In this document: piece by piece, positions 1-9,481 of the stretch
Numbering within the stretch: position 1 is the stretch's first letter
Layout: each line of letters opens with the position of its first letter
Origin: an uncultured bacterium
Lineage (GTDB): Bacteria; Babelota; Babeliae; Babelales; Vermiphilaceae
Assembly: GCA_963707655.1 (NCBI GenBank)
Contig: OY970172.1
Location: forward strand, 640,001-704,000
Reading direction: 5' to 3'
DNA: 64,000 nt
Notes under the pieces: generated by a model
Seen by the model: only the letters and a program-made list of their open reading frames with translations
Database searches by the model: none
What the model was told of the DNA's origin: nothing
Position numbers and translations under genes: made by a program

Positions 1-112
1 CGAATAAGATTTTGGCTATATCAACTGAAAAATCAAATATACCGCCAAAACCCAGCACACCAGCTATTAAAGCAACTACCAAAAAGATAACTGCCCAACG
101 TAAAAAATCCAT
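1..112 (-). CDS. DUF1328 (UPF0391/YtjA-like) small membrane protein, truncated by the window edge
   Basis: Manual translation [37 protein letters not shown]...; AAGGAG RBS upstream; not in the ORF track. Confidence 0.85.
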   Translation of the reverse strand, partial: MDFLRWAVIFLVVALIAGVLGFGGIFDFSVDIAKILF

Positions 113-138
113 ATATGCTCCTTTTTAAAAATTCAACT

Positions 139-645
139 TCAATTCTGTTCGTTTAATAGCTCAATACCATAATCAATAAAACGCTGTAAGAGTGCTCCAT
201 TGCTGCTTGCTCTATTAAAAAGCTGCTCTTGCTCTGGTAGCGTTGCCGCATCGGCATATGTCTTCTTTGGTTCTTTTTTGACTTCAATGATCCCTAATGA
301 TTCATCCAATCGCTGTTGAACTAAATCGAGCAGGGCTTGCAAATACTCAAGATTGTCCGCTAGTTTTAATAAAAGCTCACGTTGCATCTTAATAAGTTGC
401 TTTTTAGTAATCTTCTTCTTTTCATACCGCGCAAGAAGCTCAACGCGTTCATTCAGCAAAGCTTTTCGGCGCAACTCTAGCTGATCTCTATTCGGCTTAA
501 AAATATCGCCTGCTTTTTTCGCTGATTGAGAAATATTATTACTGAGAAGAACCTTGCTGCCAGAGTCTGATGATGAAGCTCTGTCATTATCTGAAGCACA
601 CAATGGATAAAAACTCATTACTAAGACGATACATGTTTTTTTCAC
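139..645 (-). CDS. Hypothetical coiled-coil protein with possible signal peptide
   Basis: 168 aa ORF, GTG start after AAGGAG; hydrophobic N-terminus; L/E/K/Q-rich. Confidence 0.7.
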   Translation of the reverse strand: MKKTCIVLVMSFYPLCASDNDRASSSDSGSKVLLSNNISQSAKKAGDIFKPNRDQLELRRKALLNERVELLARYEKKKITKKQLIKMQRELLLKLADNLEYLQALLDLVQQRLDESLGIIEVKKEPKKTYADAATLPEQEQLFNRASSNGALLQRFIDYGIELLNEQN

Positions 646-654
646 TCTTGCTCC

Positions 655-822
655 TTACAGCACAATATTAATGCCGATAAAAGCCAAGATGGCCAAAATC
701 AAGAATATGGCAAAAATAGCTTTTGCTGCTGTTGATGCTGCGCCGGAAACATTGGTGAACCCAAATAAGCCAGAAACAACCGCGATAACCAAAAACAACA
801 ATCCCCATTGCAATAAACTCAT
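655..822 (-). CDS. DUF1328 small membrane protein (second copy)
   Basis: Manual translation MSLLQWGLLFLVIAVVSGLFGFTNVSGAASTAAKAIFAIFLILAILAFIGINIVL (55 aa); AAGGAG RBS. Confidence 0.85.
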   Translation of the reverse strand: MSLLQWGLLFLVIAVVSGLFGFTNVSGAASTAAKAIFAIFLILAILAFIGINIVL

Positions 823-906
823 ATCTTCTCCTTAGTAAATAAATACATTAGACTTACTTATAATTAAGCAAGATAGTTACCTTAAAAGCAATACTTTAAA
901 AGCACT

Positions 907-1575
907 ATGAATGAATTAATCTTTATCATCCACACCCTGCTCATCAGCACATGCGCCGTCATCGCGCTCCGTTTTGGCAAAGAAGCGCTGATAGCCTTTA
1001 TTTGCGTACAAAATATTTTGGCGAATCTTTTTGTGATAAAACCAATTACGCTGCTTGGGTTAACCGCTACCGGTGCAGATGCTTTTACCATAGGCGCTGT
1101 CTTTGGCTTCCACCTACTCCAAGAATTTTATGGCCCAGAGCTTACTAAAAAAGTAATTCTGATCAGCTTTGGTCTTCTGTTCTTCTATATCATTGTCGGC
1201 CAAATCCATCTCATGTACACTCCTGCGCTCTTCGACACTACACAACAACACTTTGCGGCGCTCCTGGGCTTTATGCCACGCATTGCTGCCGCATCATTGG
1301 CTTCATATTTAGTTGCGCAACAATTTGACTGGCTTTTATATGAAAAATTGCGTGCGTTATTTGCGGGTAACTATTTACCCCTGCGTAATTATCTCTGTGC
1401 CGCTACTTCACAATTGTTGGACACCGTTCTTTTTAGCCTGCTCGGGCTGTGGGGGATTATCGATAACATTGGTCAAGTTATTATTATCAGTTACTTCATA
1501 AAGCTCACCGCACTCGCTCTGACAACCCCATTCTTATTACTGGTCAGAAAAATGAAAAGCTCCCGATCAGCATAG
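907..1575 (+). CDS. yhhQ: Queuosine precursor transporter (YhhQ/VUT family)
   Basis: Multi-TM protein with family motifs ANLFVIK, LQEFYG, PRIAAASLASYLVAQQFD, RNYL..SQLLDTVLF. Confidence 0.85.
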   Translation: MNELIFIIHTLLISTCAVIALRFGKEALIAFICVQNILANLFVIKPITLLGLTATGADAFTIGAVFGFHLLQEFYGPELTKKVILISFGLLFFYIIVGQIHLMYTPALFDTTQQHFAALLGFMPRIAAASLASYLVAQQFDWLLYEKLRALFAGNYLPLRNYLCAATSQLLDTVLFSLLGLWGIIDNIGQVIIISYFIKLTALALTTPFLLLVRKMKSSRSA

Positions 1576-1615
1576 AGAAAAAATAGTTGCTTCGACCCGA
1601 ATACCCTCATTCGAA

Positions 1616-1643
1616 TTGACAGATAGACAATAAATGGTATCCT
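1616..1643 (+). promoter_or_regulatory. Putative sigma70 promoter
   Basis: TTGACA-N16-TATCCT with a TGn extended -10, upstream of the 1690 ORF. Confidence 0.55.
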
Positions 1644-1689
1644 TGAAGTAGGATGAAAGTTAACTACTCACCGAAGAAAAAGGATATCT

Positions 1690-2256
1690 ATGAAAAAATT
1701 ATTACTATTATTACCCGTTATGATCAGCCAATGCGCTTTTGGTATGGACCAAACAACATATAACCCATTCATTAAAACTGAAAAAGATAATCGCGTGTAT
1801 AATCCATCACTGCGTGATGCGGCCAATAGCCAAGCTCGCGAGAATACATTATTTGCCACTGGTTTTGCCGGTATCGGCGCCTTGGGCAATAGAATGCTTG
1901 ATCAGGCCTGCAGAACAGTACAGGGATCACACGTTAAACCGATTATGGCATCTACCAAATGGCTCATACCCGGATGCGCATGCGCTGCAATTGCCCATGC
2001 AAACTCTTTGACGGTGAACGATGAAACAGGAACAAAAGAACGTTTATACAAAACTATAGTGCCATTTACCGCACTGGGCGCTGGCTACTATGCAGCAAAA
2101 AGCATTACCAGTCGTGCAGTAAGCAAGGTAGGCGCAGCTCCATTGTTGTGCGCTGCCTATGCGGGATTAAGCGGAATAAGCTTGTTTGAAATCTGGCATC
2201 AAAATCATTTAGAAAAGCCACAATCACACTGGTACAGCAAATATTTACCGTGGTAA
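1690..2256 (+). CDS. Hypothetical exported/membrane protein
   Basis: Signal peptide MKKLLLLLPVMISQCAFG|MD; several Gly/Ala-rich hydrophobic segments; AAGGA RBS. Confidence 0.75.
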   Translation: MKKLLLLLPVMISQCAFGMDQTTYNPFIKTEKDNRVYNPSLRDAANSQARENTLFATGFAGIGALGNRMLDQACRTVQGSHVKPIMASTKWLIPGCACAAIAHANSLTVNDETGTKERLYKTIVPFTALGAGYYAAKSITSRAVSKVGAAPLLCAAYAGLSGISLFEIWHQNHLEKPQSHWYSKYLPW

Positions 2257-2265
2257 AAAATATAT

Positions 2266-2298
2266 AAAAAAGGGGGGATTTAATTCCCCCCCTTTTTT
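2266..2298 (+). terminator. Rho-independent terminator
   Basis: AAAAAAGGGGGGA-loop-TCCCCCCCTTTTTT. Confidence 0.8.
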
Positions 2299-2448
2299 AT
2301 AGTGCCTATCTCTTTTGACCACACAACGGCAAAACGGCATACCCCTTTTCACCACTGTTCCGATTTAATCAATGCTTTCAAACCATTTTCCCTTGAAAAA
2401 CAACACTGATACTCTTTATACTTAATAGAGAAATGAGGGGAAACAAAT

Positions 2449-3528
2449 ATGGCTATTATCAAAAAAATAATTGTAGTATATTTTACCCTGTTTTTACCAA
2501 CACAGGCGCACATCTTTGAAGCAGAAAAATGGGTAAGTTCAGATTCAAAGCAAACAATCTCCCTCTTGGGTGATTATCATCTTGCTGAAAATAAAGAAAA
2601 TCAAGTGAATGATACGCAGCAAGATATTGTTATTGAAGTTGCTAAGCGTTTGAATGCAGCCCTCATTCTTGAAGATGGCAAAACAGATATTGTGGCATTT
2701 AAAAAAGATCCATTGCATTACGACCGCAATACCTATTGTGAATTTGTTATTGATAATCCTACTAAAACCACTTTATTGCTCGGCTTCACCCAACGCTGCC
2801 AAGAAGAAGGCATTACCGTTAACAACGTAGAGTTCCGCTTTCCTGATTTATTAACTTCTACGCAACTACTTATGCAAAAATTAGAACAAGTAAAACAAAA
2901 AATTTCTTCATACGATGACGGTCCTGTCTTGAATAGCTATTATCGCGCCAAGCTGCAGGAATTATACGATTTCGTTGAAAAGCCATGTAAAAAGCTCTTT
3001 GCGCAACTCAAACAGAGCGGAGCAAATCTTACCCTGACAGAGCCAACAATTCGTTATCACCATTCATATAATCGCGCATTAGATTATCTGTGGGAGCAGA
3101 ATAGGCTGTGTCTGCGAGATGATACAAAGTTAAATAAAATTCATTATATTATCACGGGCCTGGAAGCAAAGCTTTTAGATCTTGAAATCTTGCACGCAAT
3201 TGCCGAGCAAAAAAATTGTCCTCATATTATTATTTGCGCTGGGGCCTCACATCTTAATAGCATAAAACCGGCGCTTGAAGTCTTAGGGTTTACTCGCACG
3301 CACACTAATAATCCCGCTGAACAAACATGCAGCCTCAATGGCACCTATATTGAACCGCAAGCGATTAATGTTGAAAACACGTTAAATGCTTTTTATAAAA
3401 ATGAGAGAATTACAAGTCAAAACCAAGAAGTCCCATCAACCGATTTCTCTTCCATTATTGTAGGCGCGCTGCTTTTATTGGTAGGTATAGCTGGTTCAAT
3501 CGCCGTAATACGAAACTTAAAGTTATAA
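2449..3528 (+). CDS. Exported, C-terminally anchored protein; putative TraB/TIKI/EreA-ChaN-like fold (paralog 1)
   Basis: Signal peptide; LLGDYH...ILEDG...ICAGASHL motifs; C-terminal TM helix; clear paralog of the next gene. Confidence 0.6.
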   Translation: MAIIKKIIVVYFTLFLPTQAHIFEAEKWVSSDSKQTISLLGDYHLAENKENQVNDTQQDIVIEVAKRLNAALILEDGKTDIVAFKKDPLHYDRNTYCEFVIDNPTKTTLLLGFTQRCQEEGITVNNVEFRFPDLLTSTQLLMQKLEQVKQKISSYDDGPVLNSYYRAKLQELYDFVEKPCKKLFAQLKQSGANLTLTEPTIRYHHSYNRALDYLWEQNRLCLRDDTKLNKIHYIITGLEAKLLDLEILHAIAEQKNCPHIIICAGASHLNSIKPALEVLGFTRTHTNNPAEQTCSLNGTYIEPQAINVENTLNAFYKNERITSQNQEVPSTDFSSIIVGALLLLVGIAGSIAVIRNLKL

Positions 3529-3634
3529 ATCTCAAATCTCACTAATCCCCCAACAAGGAAAAATGGCTTCTCCCATCTTTAAAAAAACGGATGAAAACAT
3601 TCTCCTAATCGTTCATTTCGGCATTCCCCTCAAA

Positions 3635-3662
3635 TTGACAAATAGAAAGCTTTTGTTATACT
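3635..3662 (+). promoter_or_regulatory. Putative sigma70 promoter
   Basis: TTGACA-N16-TATACT with a TGn extended -10. Confidence 0.65.
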
Positions 3663-3724
3663 TATAATAAGTAAAAAACAGAGATTAAATGGGCTTTTAC
3701 CCATTACAATCAATGGAGGCTTTT

Positions 3725-4792
3725 ATGAATACAATTAAAAAATTATCCCTTTTTGCCCTTACCCTTTTTTCATTCGCCCAAGGTCACATATTTGAAGCTG
3801 AAAAATGGGTAAATCAATCAAATCAAACTGTTTCCCTTTTTGGTGATTACCACGTTGCTGAAAATGAAGAAAACCAAGTGAATGATGTACAACAAGCCGC
3901 TCTTATTGATATCGCAAAAAATTTGAATGCTACCATCATCGTAGAAGATGGTTATTCAAATGGGGCAGAATTAAAACAAGATCCGCTTAATTATGATTAT
4001 AATAAATACCGCAAATTCGAAGTGGATAATCCACACGAGATAACTTTGTTGGCAGGATTTACCGGTCGCTGTAAAGAAGAGGGTGTCAAAGTTAACAACA
4101 TTGAATTCCGTTTTCCCCCTTTAGCAACATCGGCACACATGATCATGGCAAAGATAGAGCAAATAAAACAAAAAATAACAACCTATAATGACAACGCATT
4201 GAATGATTATTATAAACGCAAGCTGGAAGAATTACGCACAGAAGTAGAAATACCTTGCGCATCATTACTCAATGAACTTAAAAATTCTTATGCCAATTTA
4301 GAAGAATCATGTCATAAAATTCATTATAAAAAAGAATATGACCAGGCATTGTACCATTTATGGGGCCACGCCGCATTCGCTGACATGTATGATAAAGTTA
4401 ACCATATTATTATCGGTTATGAAGCGCGTCTTGTTGATCTTGAAATCTTACATGCGATTGCGCAACAAAACAGCCACGCAATTATTTGCGCCGGTGCCGG
4501 CCACTTAAACCGTATCAAACCGGCATTGAAAGAAATTGGTTTTGCGAGTGTAAAGAGCATGGGCGAACAACATATAGGAAACGCTCCTGAACCGCGCGCA
4601 TTGAATATTACTCAAACAGTTGATGCTTTTTATAGTGCTGATGAAATGGCTACGGCCCAACAGCAGGCCAACGCGTTAAAATATTTCACCCCTATAGCTC
4701 TAGTGCTTTGTGTGCTGTTAGTTATAGCCACGCTCGGTGCATTGGTAGTAGTCAGACACGCGCGCACGCGAACACAAATACAATCATTGTAA
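3725..4792 (+). CDS. Exported, C-terminally anchored protein; putative TraB/TIKI/EreA-ChaN-like fold (paralog 2)
   Basis: Start moved to MNTIKK (GGAGG RBS); HIFEAEKW, LFGDYH, VEDG, ICAGAGHL shared with paralog 1; C-terminal TM. Confidence 0.6.
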   Translation: MNTIKKLSLFALTLFSFAQGHIFEAEKWVNQSNQTVSLFGDYHVAENEENQVNDVQQAALIDIAKNLNATIIVEDGYSNGAELKQDPLNYDYNKYRKFEVDNPHEITLLAGFTGRCKEEGVKVNNIEFRFPPLATSAHMIMAKIEQIKQKITTYNDNALNDYYKRKLEELRTEVEIPCASLLNELKNSYANLEESCHKIHYKKEYDQALYHLWGHAAFADMYDKVNHIIIGYEARLVDLEILHAIAQQNSHAIICAGAGHLNRIKPALKEIGFASVKSMGEQHIGNAPEPRALNITQTVDAFYSADEMATAQQQANALKYFTPIALVLCVLLVIATLGALVVVRHARTRTQIQSL

Positions 4793-4805
4793 TTAAGGAA
4801 AAACC

Positions 4806-5798
4806 ATGAACTTTAAATCAATCCAGCCGACGCTTATCCGGGCCTTCAGGCTCGGCAAGCTATGGCGGACAAAAATAATCGCCGCTTTATTGCTCGCAAC
4901 GACAGCAGCAACAGTTCACGGCAGTGAATTAATTAAGCCAACCAGCGGATTATGCCTCAATGGCTGGTACAATAAATTAACGAGCACAAAGACTGATGTT
5001 GATAATTTTTTCGAGAAAAAATATACCCCCTATTTGGGCGGCATGGTTTCATGGGAAAGTGACGAACTCAAAGAGTTCCAGCTCAGCGTAAAAGAACCCA
5101 AGAAATGGGCCGGTCATGTGCTCAAATACCTTAATGATAGTGCAGGTTCAAAAGATTCGCAGAAGCCCACAGAGCTCAAAGAGCTTAATTTTGCCAGCGG
5201 CGCAACGCGAAATATTAACGTGCCCGATACTAGACCTTCTCTGTTAAGCAGAGCAGCCAATTATATGTTCTCAACGATCAAATCAGATTTAGGCTATGGC
5301 CCGCGATCTTTTAAGCAGTCAGGCTGGCTTATGCATGGAGTAAAGCAAGTTGCAACAGCTGCACGACTTTTGGCGTACAAACGAGCTATTAATGCAATTT
5401 TTATATCCGCCTTAGCAACATCCGGCTACGGAAATGTCATAACTGAAAACTTAAATAAAACATCACAATTTAAGCCAATGTCATTAGCGCTCTTGGTTAC
5501 GGCGGCAGTCCTTATCTCTCCGCCACTGGAGGAAGGGATATTTACGCATGCCACAGCACCAATGCTGTCGTATGTGGGTGGAGAACGCCTTGGAAGAATA
5601 ATAACTCCCCTGCTATTTGGAGCGATGCATTATCATGAGAATCCAATCAGGTGGGCATTCCACGTAGCACAGTTGGCGCCCTTATCTTATCTCAATATTT
5701 CACACCTGCAGCAAAATCCTGACAATATTTTGGTACCCACATTGCACCACATGATGCATAATGCTTTAGCGATGTGGCAGATCTACGGAAATAAGTAA
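4806..5798 (+). CDS. CPBP (Abi/Rce1-like) intramembrane glutamic/metallo-endopeptidase
   Basis: PPLEEGIF, LFGAMHY and HHMMHN motifs in the hydrophobic C-terminal half. Confidence 0.75.
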   Translation: MNFKSIQPTLIRAFRLGKLWRTKIIAALLLATTAATVHGSELIKPTSGLCLNGWYNKLTSTKTDVDNFFEKKYTPYLGGMVSWESDELKEFQLSVKEPKKWAGHVLKYLNDSAGSKDSQKPTELKELNFASGATRNINVPDTRPSLLSRAANYMFSTIKSDLGYGPRSFKQSGWLMHGVKQVATAARLLAYKRAINAIFISALATSGYGNVITENLNKTSQFKPMSLALLVTAAVLISPPLEEGIFTHATAPMLSYVGGERLGRIITPLLFGAMHYHENPIRWAFHVAQLAPLSYLNISHLQQNPDNILVPTLHHMMHNALAMWQIYGNK

Positions 5799-5813
5799 AT
5801 CACTATGAAATTT

Positions 5814-5846
5814 AAATGGCGGGCCTACAGTGCCCGCCATTTTTTT
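5814..5846 (+). terminator. Rho-independent terminator
   Basis: AAATGGCGGGC-ctacagt-GCCCGCCATTTTTTT. Confidence 0.85.
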
Positions 5847-5896
5847 GTGCTTTAATGTAACTCTTTCTATGAGCAATGCCGGCAATTCATAATTCA

Positions 5897-5926
5897 TTGA
5901 CCACAGGCAAAAATACCTGGTACAAT
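5897..5926 (+). promoter_or_regulatory. Putative sigma70 promoter
   Basis: TTGACC-N18-TACAAT with a TGn extended -10. Confidence 0.45.
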
Positions 5927-5986
5927 GAGCGCTCAACACAATGGTGATGATACAAATTAACTAATTTAAGCCATAGGGGCCAGTTA

Positions 5987-6778
5987 ATGAATTCAAAAAC
6001 TATCACCGCTTTCTTTCTCGCAATAACTGCAGCGACTGCCCGTGGCAGCGAACTAGCCAACGAAAAACTTTCTGCGATTGAACAAAAGTGGATGAATTGG
6101 GCAAATGCACGCGTTGAAGAGGAAAAAGATACATTTTTATCTCTCTACAATCTCAATCGCTCCCATTTAAACAATCAAGAAGCCATCATGGGCATAAGAA
6201 GTTCTCTCGACCAAATGATTGAAGATATGATTAACGCTTACGATACAGAAGAAAAATCAGCCATAAAAACAGAAGTCGAAACAATACAAAAAATTGCCAA
6301 TGCAATTTTTATTGGACCTCAGTGTGCGTGTGTGAAAATTTTATCCGATGATACGTTTGAATATGGGGATGTAGCAACAATGCAGCATTACTCACAGAAA
6401 GAATGCTACGTCGTATTAAACGCCTCAAAACACAGCGATAATATGGCTGAACTTGAAGCAATATTGCGGCATGAGTACAGCCATATTGTACATGAAGATA
6501 ATTTCCATCATGAGATGCTACGATGTGCTGCATGGGTCAACTCACAAGATGCGCATGAAGAGGTAGCAGAAAAAAGCGCTTCTTTCCATCAGGCTTATGA
6601 AATAAGAGCCGACGTGTATGCTGTAATGAATTCAGCTGATCATGGCAATGGTTTGATTGCTTCTTTAAAGAAAATTGCTGAAGAAGAAGAGCAAACTCAT
6701 CCTAAAACAAACGAGCGTATTGCCTTATTAGAAAAAATTAAATCAGAATGCGCCGCGGCACAAGAAACATCGCTATAA
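5987..6778 (+). CDS. M48-family zinc metallopeptidase, exported
   Basis: HEYSH zinc motif, downstream EIRAD and THPKTNERI motifs; signal peptide. Confidence 0.8.
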   Translation: MNSKTITAFFLAITAATARGSELANEKLSAIEQKWMNWANARVEEEKDTFLSLYNLNRSHLNNQEAIMGIRSSLDQMIEDMINAYDTEEKSAIKTEVETIQKIANAIFIGPQCACVKILSDDTFEYGDVATMQHYSQKECYVVLNASKHSDNMAELEAILRHEYSHIVHEDNFHHEMLRCAAWVNSQDAHEEVAEKSASFHQAYEIRADVYAVMNSADHGNGLIASLKKIAEEEEQTHPKTNERIALLEKIKSECAAAQETSL

Positions 6779-6782
6779 TTTT

Positions 6783-7562
6783 TTAAGAAGCATACCCATC
6801 AACCCGCTTAAGCCATCCGGCAAGCCAGCGTTGTTCACCTTTTTCTACTGGGCTCAACGCAACTCGCTGCTGCAAAATGTTCTTTGCCTGCGCAATAAAA
6901 TCGAGGAGCGCACTTTCTACGGCCATCCCCTGCATATGCTCAAGCACCTGCAGTAAACCCCAGCCTTTACCCGCATAACGCTCAGTCTCTTTAATTCCCT
7001 CACCCTTAAAATGCACATAATCAATCAATGCCAGCAACCCCTTGCTTGTCTGCGCCATGCGATCAAATTGTTGCGCAACATGCGCCCGCTGCTGCTGGGC
7101 AGCTGTTGCAATAATCACGTCACGGGATTTTAAAAAGCGCTGCACCACAAACTCTGCCTGCAGCTCAACGGTTGATGCAAGTAATGCGCGCAATTCAATC
7201 ATTCGTGCACTTTCAAGATCGGCAAGAAATGCAGCGCGATCCGGCCATGGGCAACCTACTTTAATTGCCCGTGCAAGCCAAGCGGGTATTTTTATTTTAT
7301 GCTCTTGCAAAAATGCAACGAGCATGGGGAATGTGTCTTGATAAGGGCCCATTGTGTTTACCGGATACCAAATAAAATGGCCAATGCCTAATGAGGGAAA
7401 GGCTTCACCATTGTTCCATGAAGTTAACTGAGCAATTGATTTATTGCATTCACGCTGCCAGAGTTTGTCGGCAAATAATTGTAACTCTGCTTGAGCAAGC
7501 AATGGTGCCGCGCCGACATGAAAAGTTAATGCAGAGAAAATAATAAAAAGAACACTCTTCAT
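6783..7562 (-). CDS. Conserved hypothetical exported protein, possibly lysozyme-like
   Basis: Signal peptide; motifs WNNGEAFPSLGIGHFIWYP, DYVHFKGEG, WGLLQVL, WLAGWLKRV; fold is inferred. Confidence 0.6.
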   Translation of the reverse strand: MKSVLFIIFSALTFHVGAAPLLAQAELQLFADKLWQRECNKSIAQLTSWNNGEAFPSLGIGHFIWYPVNTMGPYQDTFPMLVAFLQEHKIKIPAWLARAIKVGCPWPDRAAFLADLESARMIELRALLASTVELQAEFVVQRFLKSRDVIIATAAQQQRAHVAQQFDRMAQTSKGLLALIDYVHFKGEGIKETERYAGKGWGLLQVLEHMQGMAVESALLDFIAQAKNILQQRVALSPVEKGEQRWLAGWLKRVDGYAS

Positions 7563-8017
7563 GCCGCTTGCTGCACCTGAATTTCTTTTAATTGTTCAGC
7601 ATAGACAATACATTGCCTTTTTAATGCATGTAAAAACTGTTCATCGAGCAGACATTTTTCAAACTCTTTTTCATCATCAAGGGGAATAGATTTATTAAAT
7701 GCTTCCATGCCGATGGCCACAAGACCGGTAAGAATTTGTGCCATCTGGGTGCCTACAACACAAGGATTTTTAGGGTCCTTGAGAATATTCAAAAAGTTGC
7801 CAACCATGCTCAAAAAGGTAACTAAAATACGCTCTGTTTCTTGCTCATCAGCTTCAATCATTTCTTGAATTGTTTGTGGTGGCTGGGACTGCACAGGAGG
7901 AAGAGGCGGAGCAGTAACTACATAATTTTGATCTGGTTTTTCCGCGGGAGCCTCAGCAGCGCGTTGCATAGTAAATGAAAATAAGACAGCAACAAGAAAC
8001 AGCTTAGTGTGCTTCAT
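7559..8017 (-). CDS. Hypothetical exported protein
   Basis: Start moved to MKHTKLF (GGAG RBS); signal peptide; Pro-rich linker. Confidence 0.7.
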   Translation of the reverse strand: MKHTKLFLVAVLFSFTMQRAAEAPAEKPDQNYVVTAPPLPPVQSQPPQTIQEMIEADEQETERILVTFLSMVGNFLNILKDPKNPCVVGTQMAQILTGLVAIGMEAFNKSIPLDDEKEFEKCLLDEQFLHALKRQCIVYAEQLKEIQVQQAA

Positions 8018-8115
8018 AATTTCTCCATAGGCAAAAAAGTTATTTTTTTTGACTATAGCGAAGCACATTTTATATTCACAAGAAATTTTTAGAAATATTT
8101 TCAAAACAACACAAA

Positions 8116-9447
8116 CTACTCAGCGTTCAAAATATTGCCCTGCTCATCACGATATTCTCTGCGCACCAAGAGTTGCATGATGCGTTTTTCTGTTGCGCGC
8201 TGTACAAGAAAAAGATAATTCTTGTACCACAGTGATTCACCTTTTTTAGGCAAATGTTGCAATTTTTCAGTAATGAAGCCGCCTAGTGTCTGCTCTTGCG
8301 TCGAATCAAATTCTATATTTAAAAGCTTAGTCATTTCAGACAATGATATGGTTGCATCAATCAGCCAGCAACCTTGTCTGACGGGTGATATTTTCTCATG
8401 AATTGGCTCTTCATGCTCATCGCTAATTTCGCCGACAATTTCTTCAAGCACATCTTCCAACGTAATTAATCCGGTAATAATGCCATACTCGTTAATCACG
8501 ACGGCAATGTGCACATGCTGATAGCGGAATTCGCGTAACAACTGGTTTACTTTTACGCTTTCAGGAACAAAGAGAATAGGGCGCAGTAATTCTTTAAGTG
8601 GTTTATCAGGGGAGCTGGCAATAGCGGCAACAACATCTTTTAAGTGGATCATGCCTACCATGTTGTTTATGTTGTCCAGCCATGCGGGAAGACGACTGAA
8701 TTGATGCTCCAAAAAGACATCTAATGCTTCTTTGGCAGTTAAATTAACTGGAATAGAGACAATGTCTGATGCCGCAATCATAATATCTTTCACCGGTGTA
8801 CGACCAAGTTCAAATATATTTTGCAACATTTCTGTTTTTTCTTTTTCGATTAACCCTTTTTCAAAAATGTAATCGATCAAGAATTGAATCTCATGCTCTG
8901 ATGAAACCCATTCGCTGCCCGATTCAACATCCTTTGACCCGCTTATCTTTGCGGTAATAAAATCGGTAAATTTAATGAGGAAACTGACTAGGGGATAAAA
9001 AAGATAGAATATAATATTGGTGATCCACAAACTTGACCTGAACAGACCCTCGCCGCGGCCACGAGCAAGGTTTTTTGGAATGATTTCACCAAAAAGAAGA
9101 ATAGTTACCGTTGCGAGCACGATCCCCGCCCAGAAGCCCAAGCCGTTTGAAAGATGCAGCCTGCTGAATATTATCGAGGTAATCTGCGTAGAGATAGCGG
9201 AAAGTATCACATCGGCCAGATTGCTGGCGATCAATATAGTAATCAATACCCGATGAGGATGCTTTTCCAAATTTTGAAATAGCGTAGTATACTGCGCCGA
9301 AGAGGCGGCAGCCATCTCTTTGAGCTTAAAAAGACGAAGAGCCGCTATGCTTGTTTCTAAAAATGAAAAAACTGCACGGCAAAATAAACATATAAGAAAA
9401 AAGAATATGTGCGCGGTAAGCGTACTACTCAGGCCATCTTCCATCAT
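8116..9447 (-). CDS. HlyC/CorC (CNNM-CBS-CorC) family transporter
   Basis: FSFLETS, FGEIIPK, FSRLP, EYGIITGLITLEDVLEEIVGEISDEH, TLGGFI. Confidence 0.92.
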   Translation of the reverse strand: MMEDGLSSTLTAHIFFFLICLFCRAVFSFLETSIAALRLFKLKEMAAASSAQYTTLFQNLEKHPHRVLITILIASNLADVILSAISTQITSIIFSRLHLSNGLGFWAGIVLATVTILLFGEIIPKNLARGRGEGLFRSSLWITNIIFYLFYPLVSFLIKFTDFITAKISGSKDVESGSEWVSSEHEIQFLIDYIFEKGLIEKEKTEMLQNIFELGRTPVKDIMIAASDIVSIPVNLTAKEALDVFLEHQFSRLPAWLDNINNMVGMIHLKDVVAAIASSPDKPLKELLRPILFVPESVKVNQLLREFRYQHVHIAVVINEYGIITGLITLEDVLEEIVGEISDEHEEPIHEKISPVRQGCWLIDATISLSEMTKLLNIEFDSTQEQTLGGFITEKLQHLPKKGESLWYKNYLFLVQRATEKRIMQLLVRREYRDEQGNILNAE

Positions 9448-9481
9448 AAAAAAATACCCCTTAATTATTATTTATATTGCT

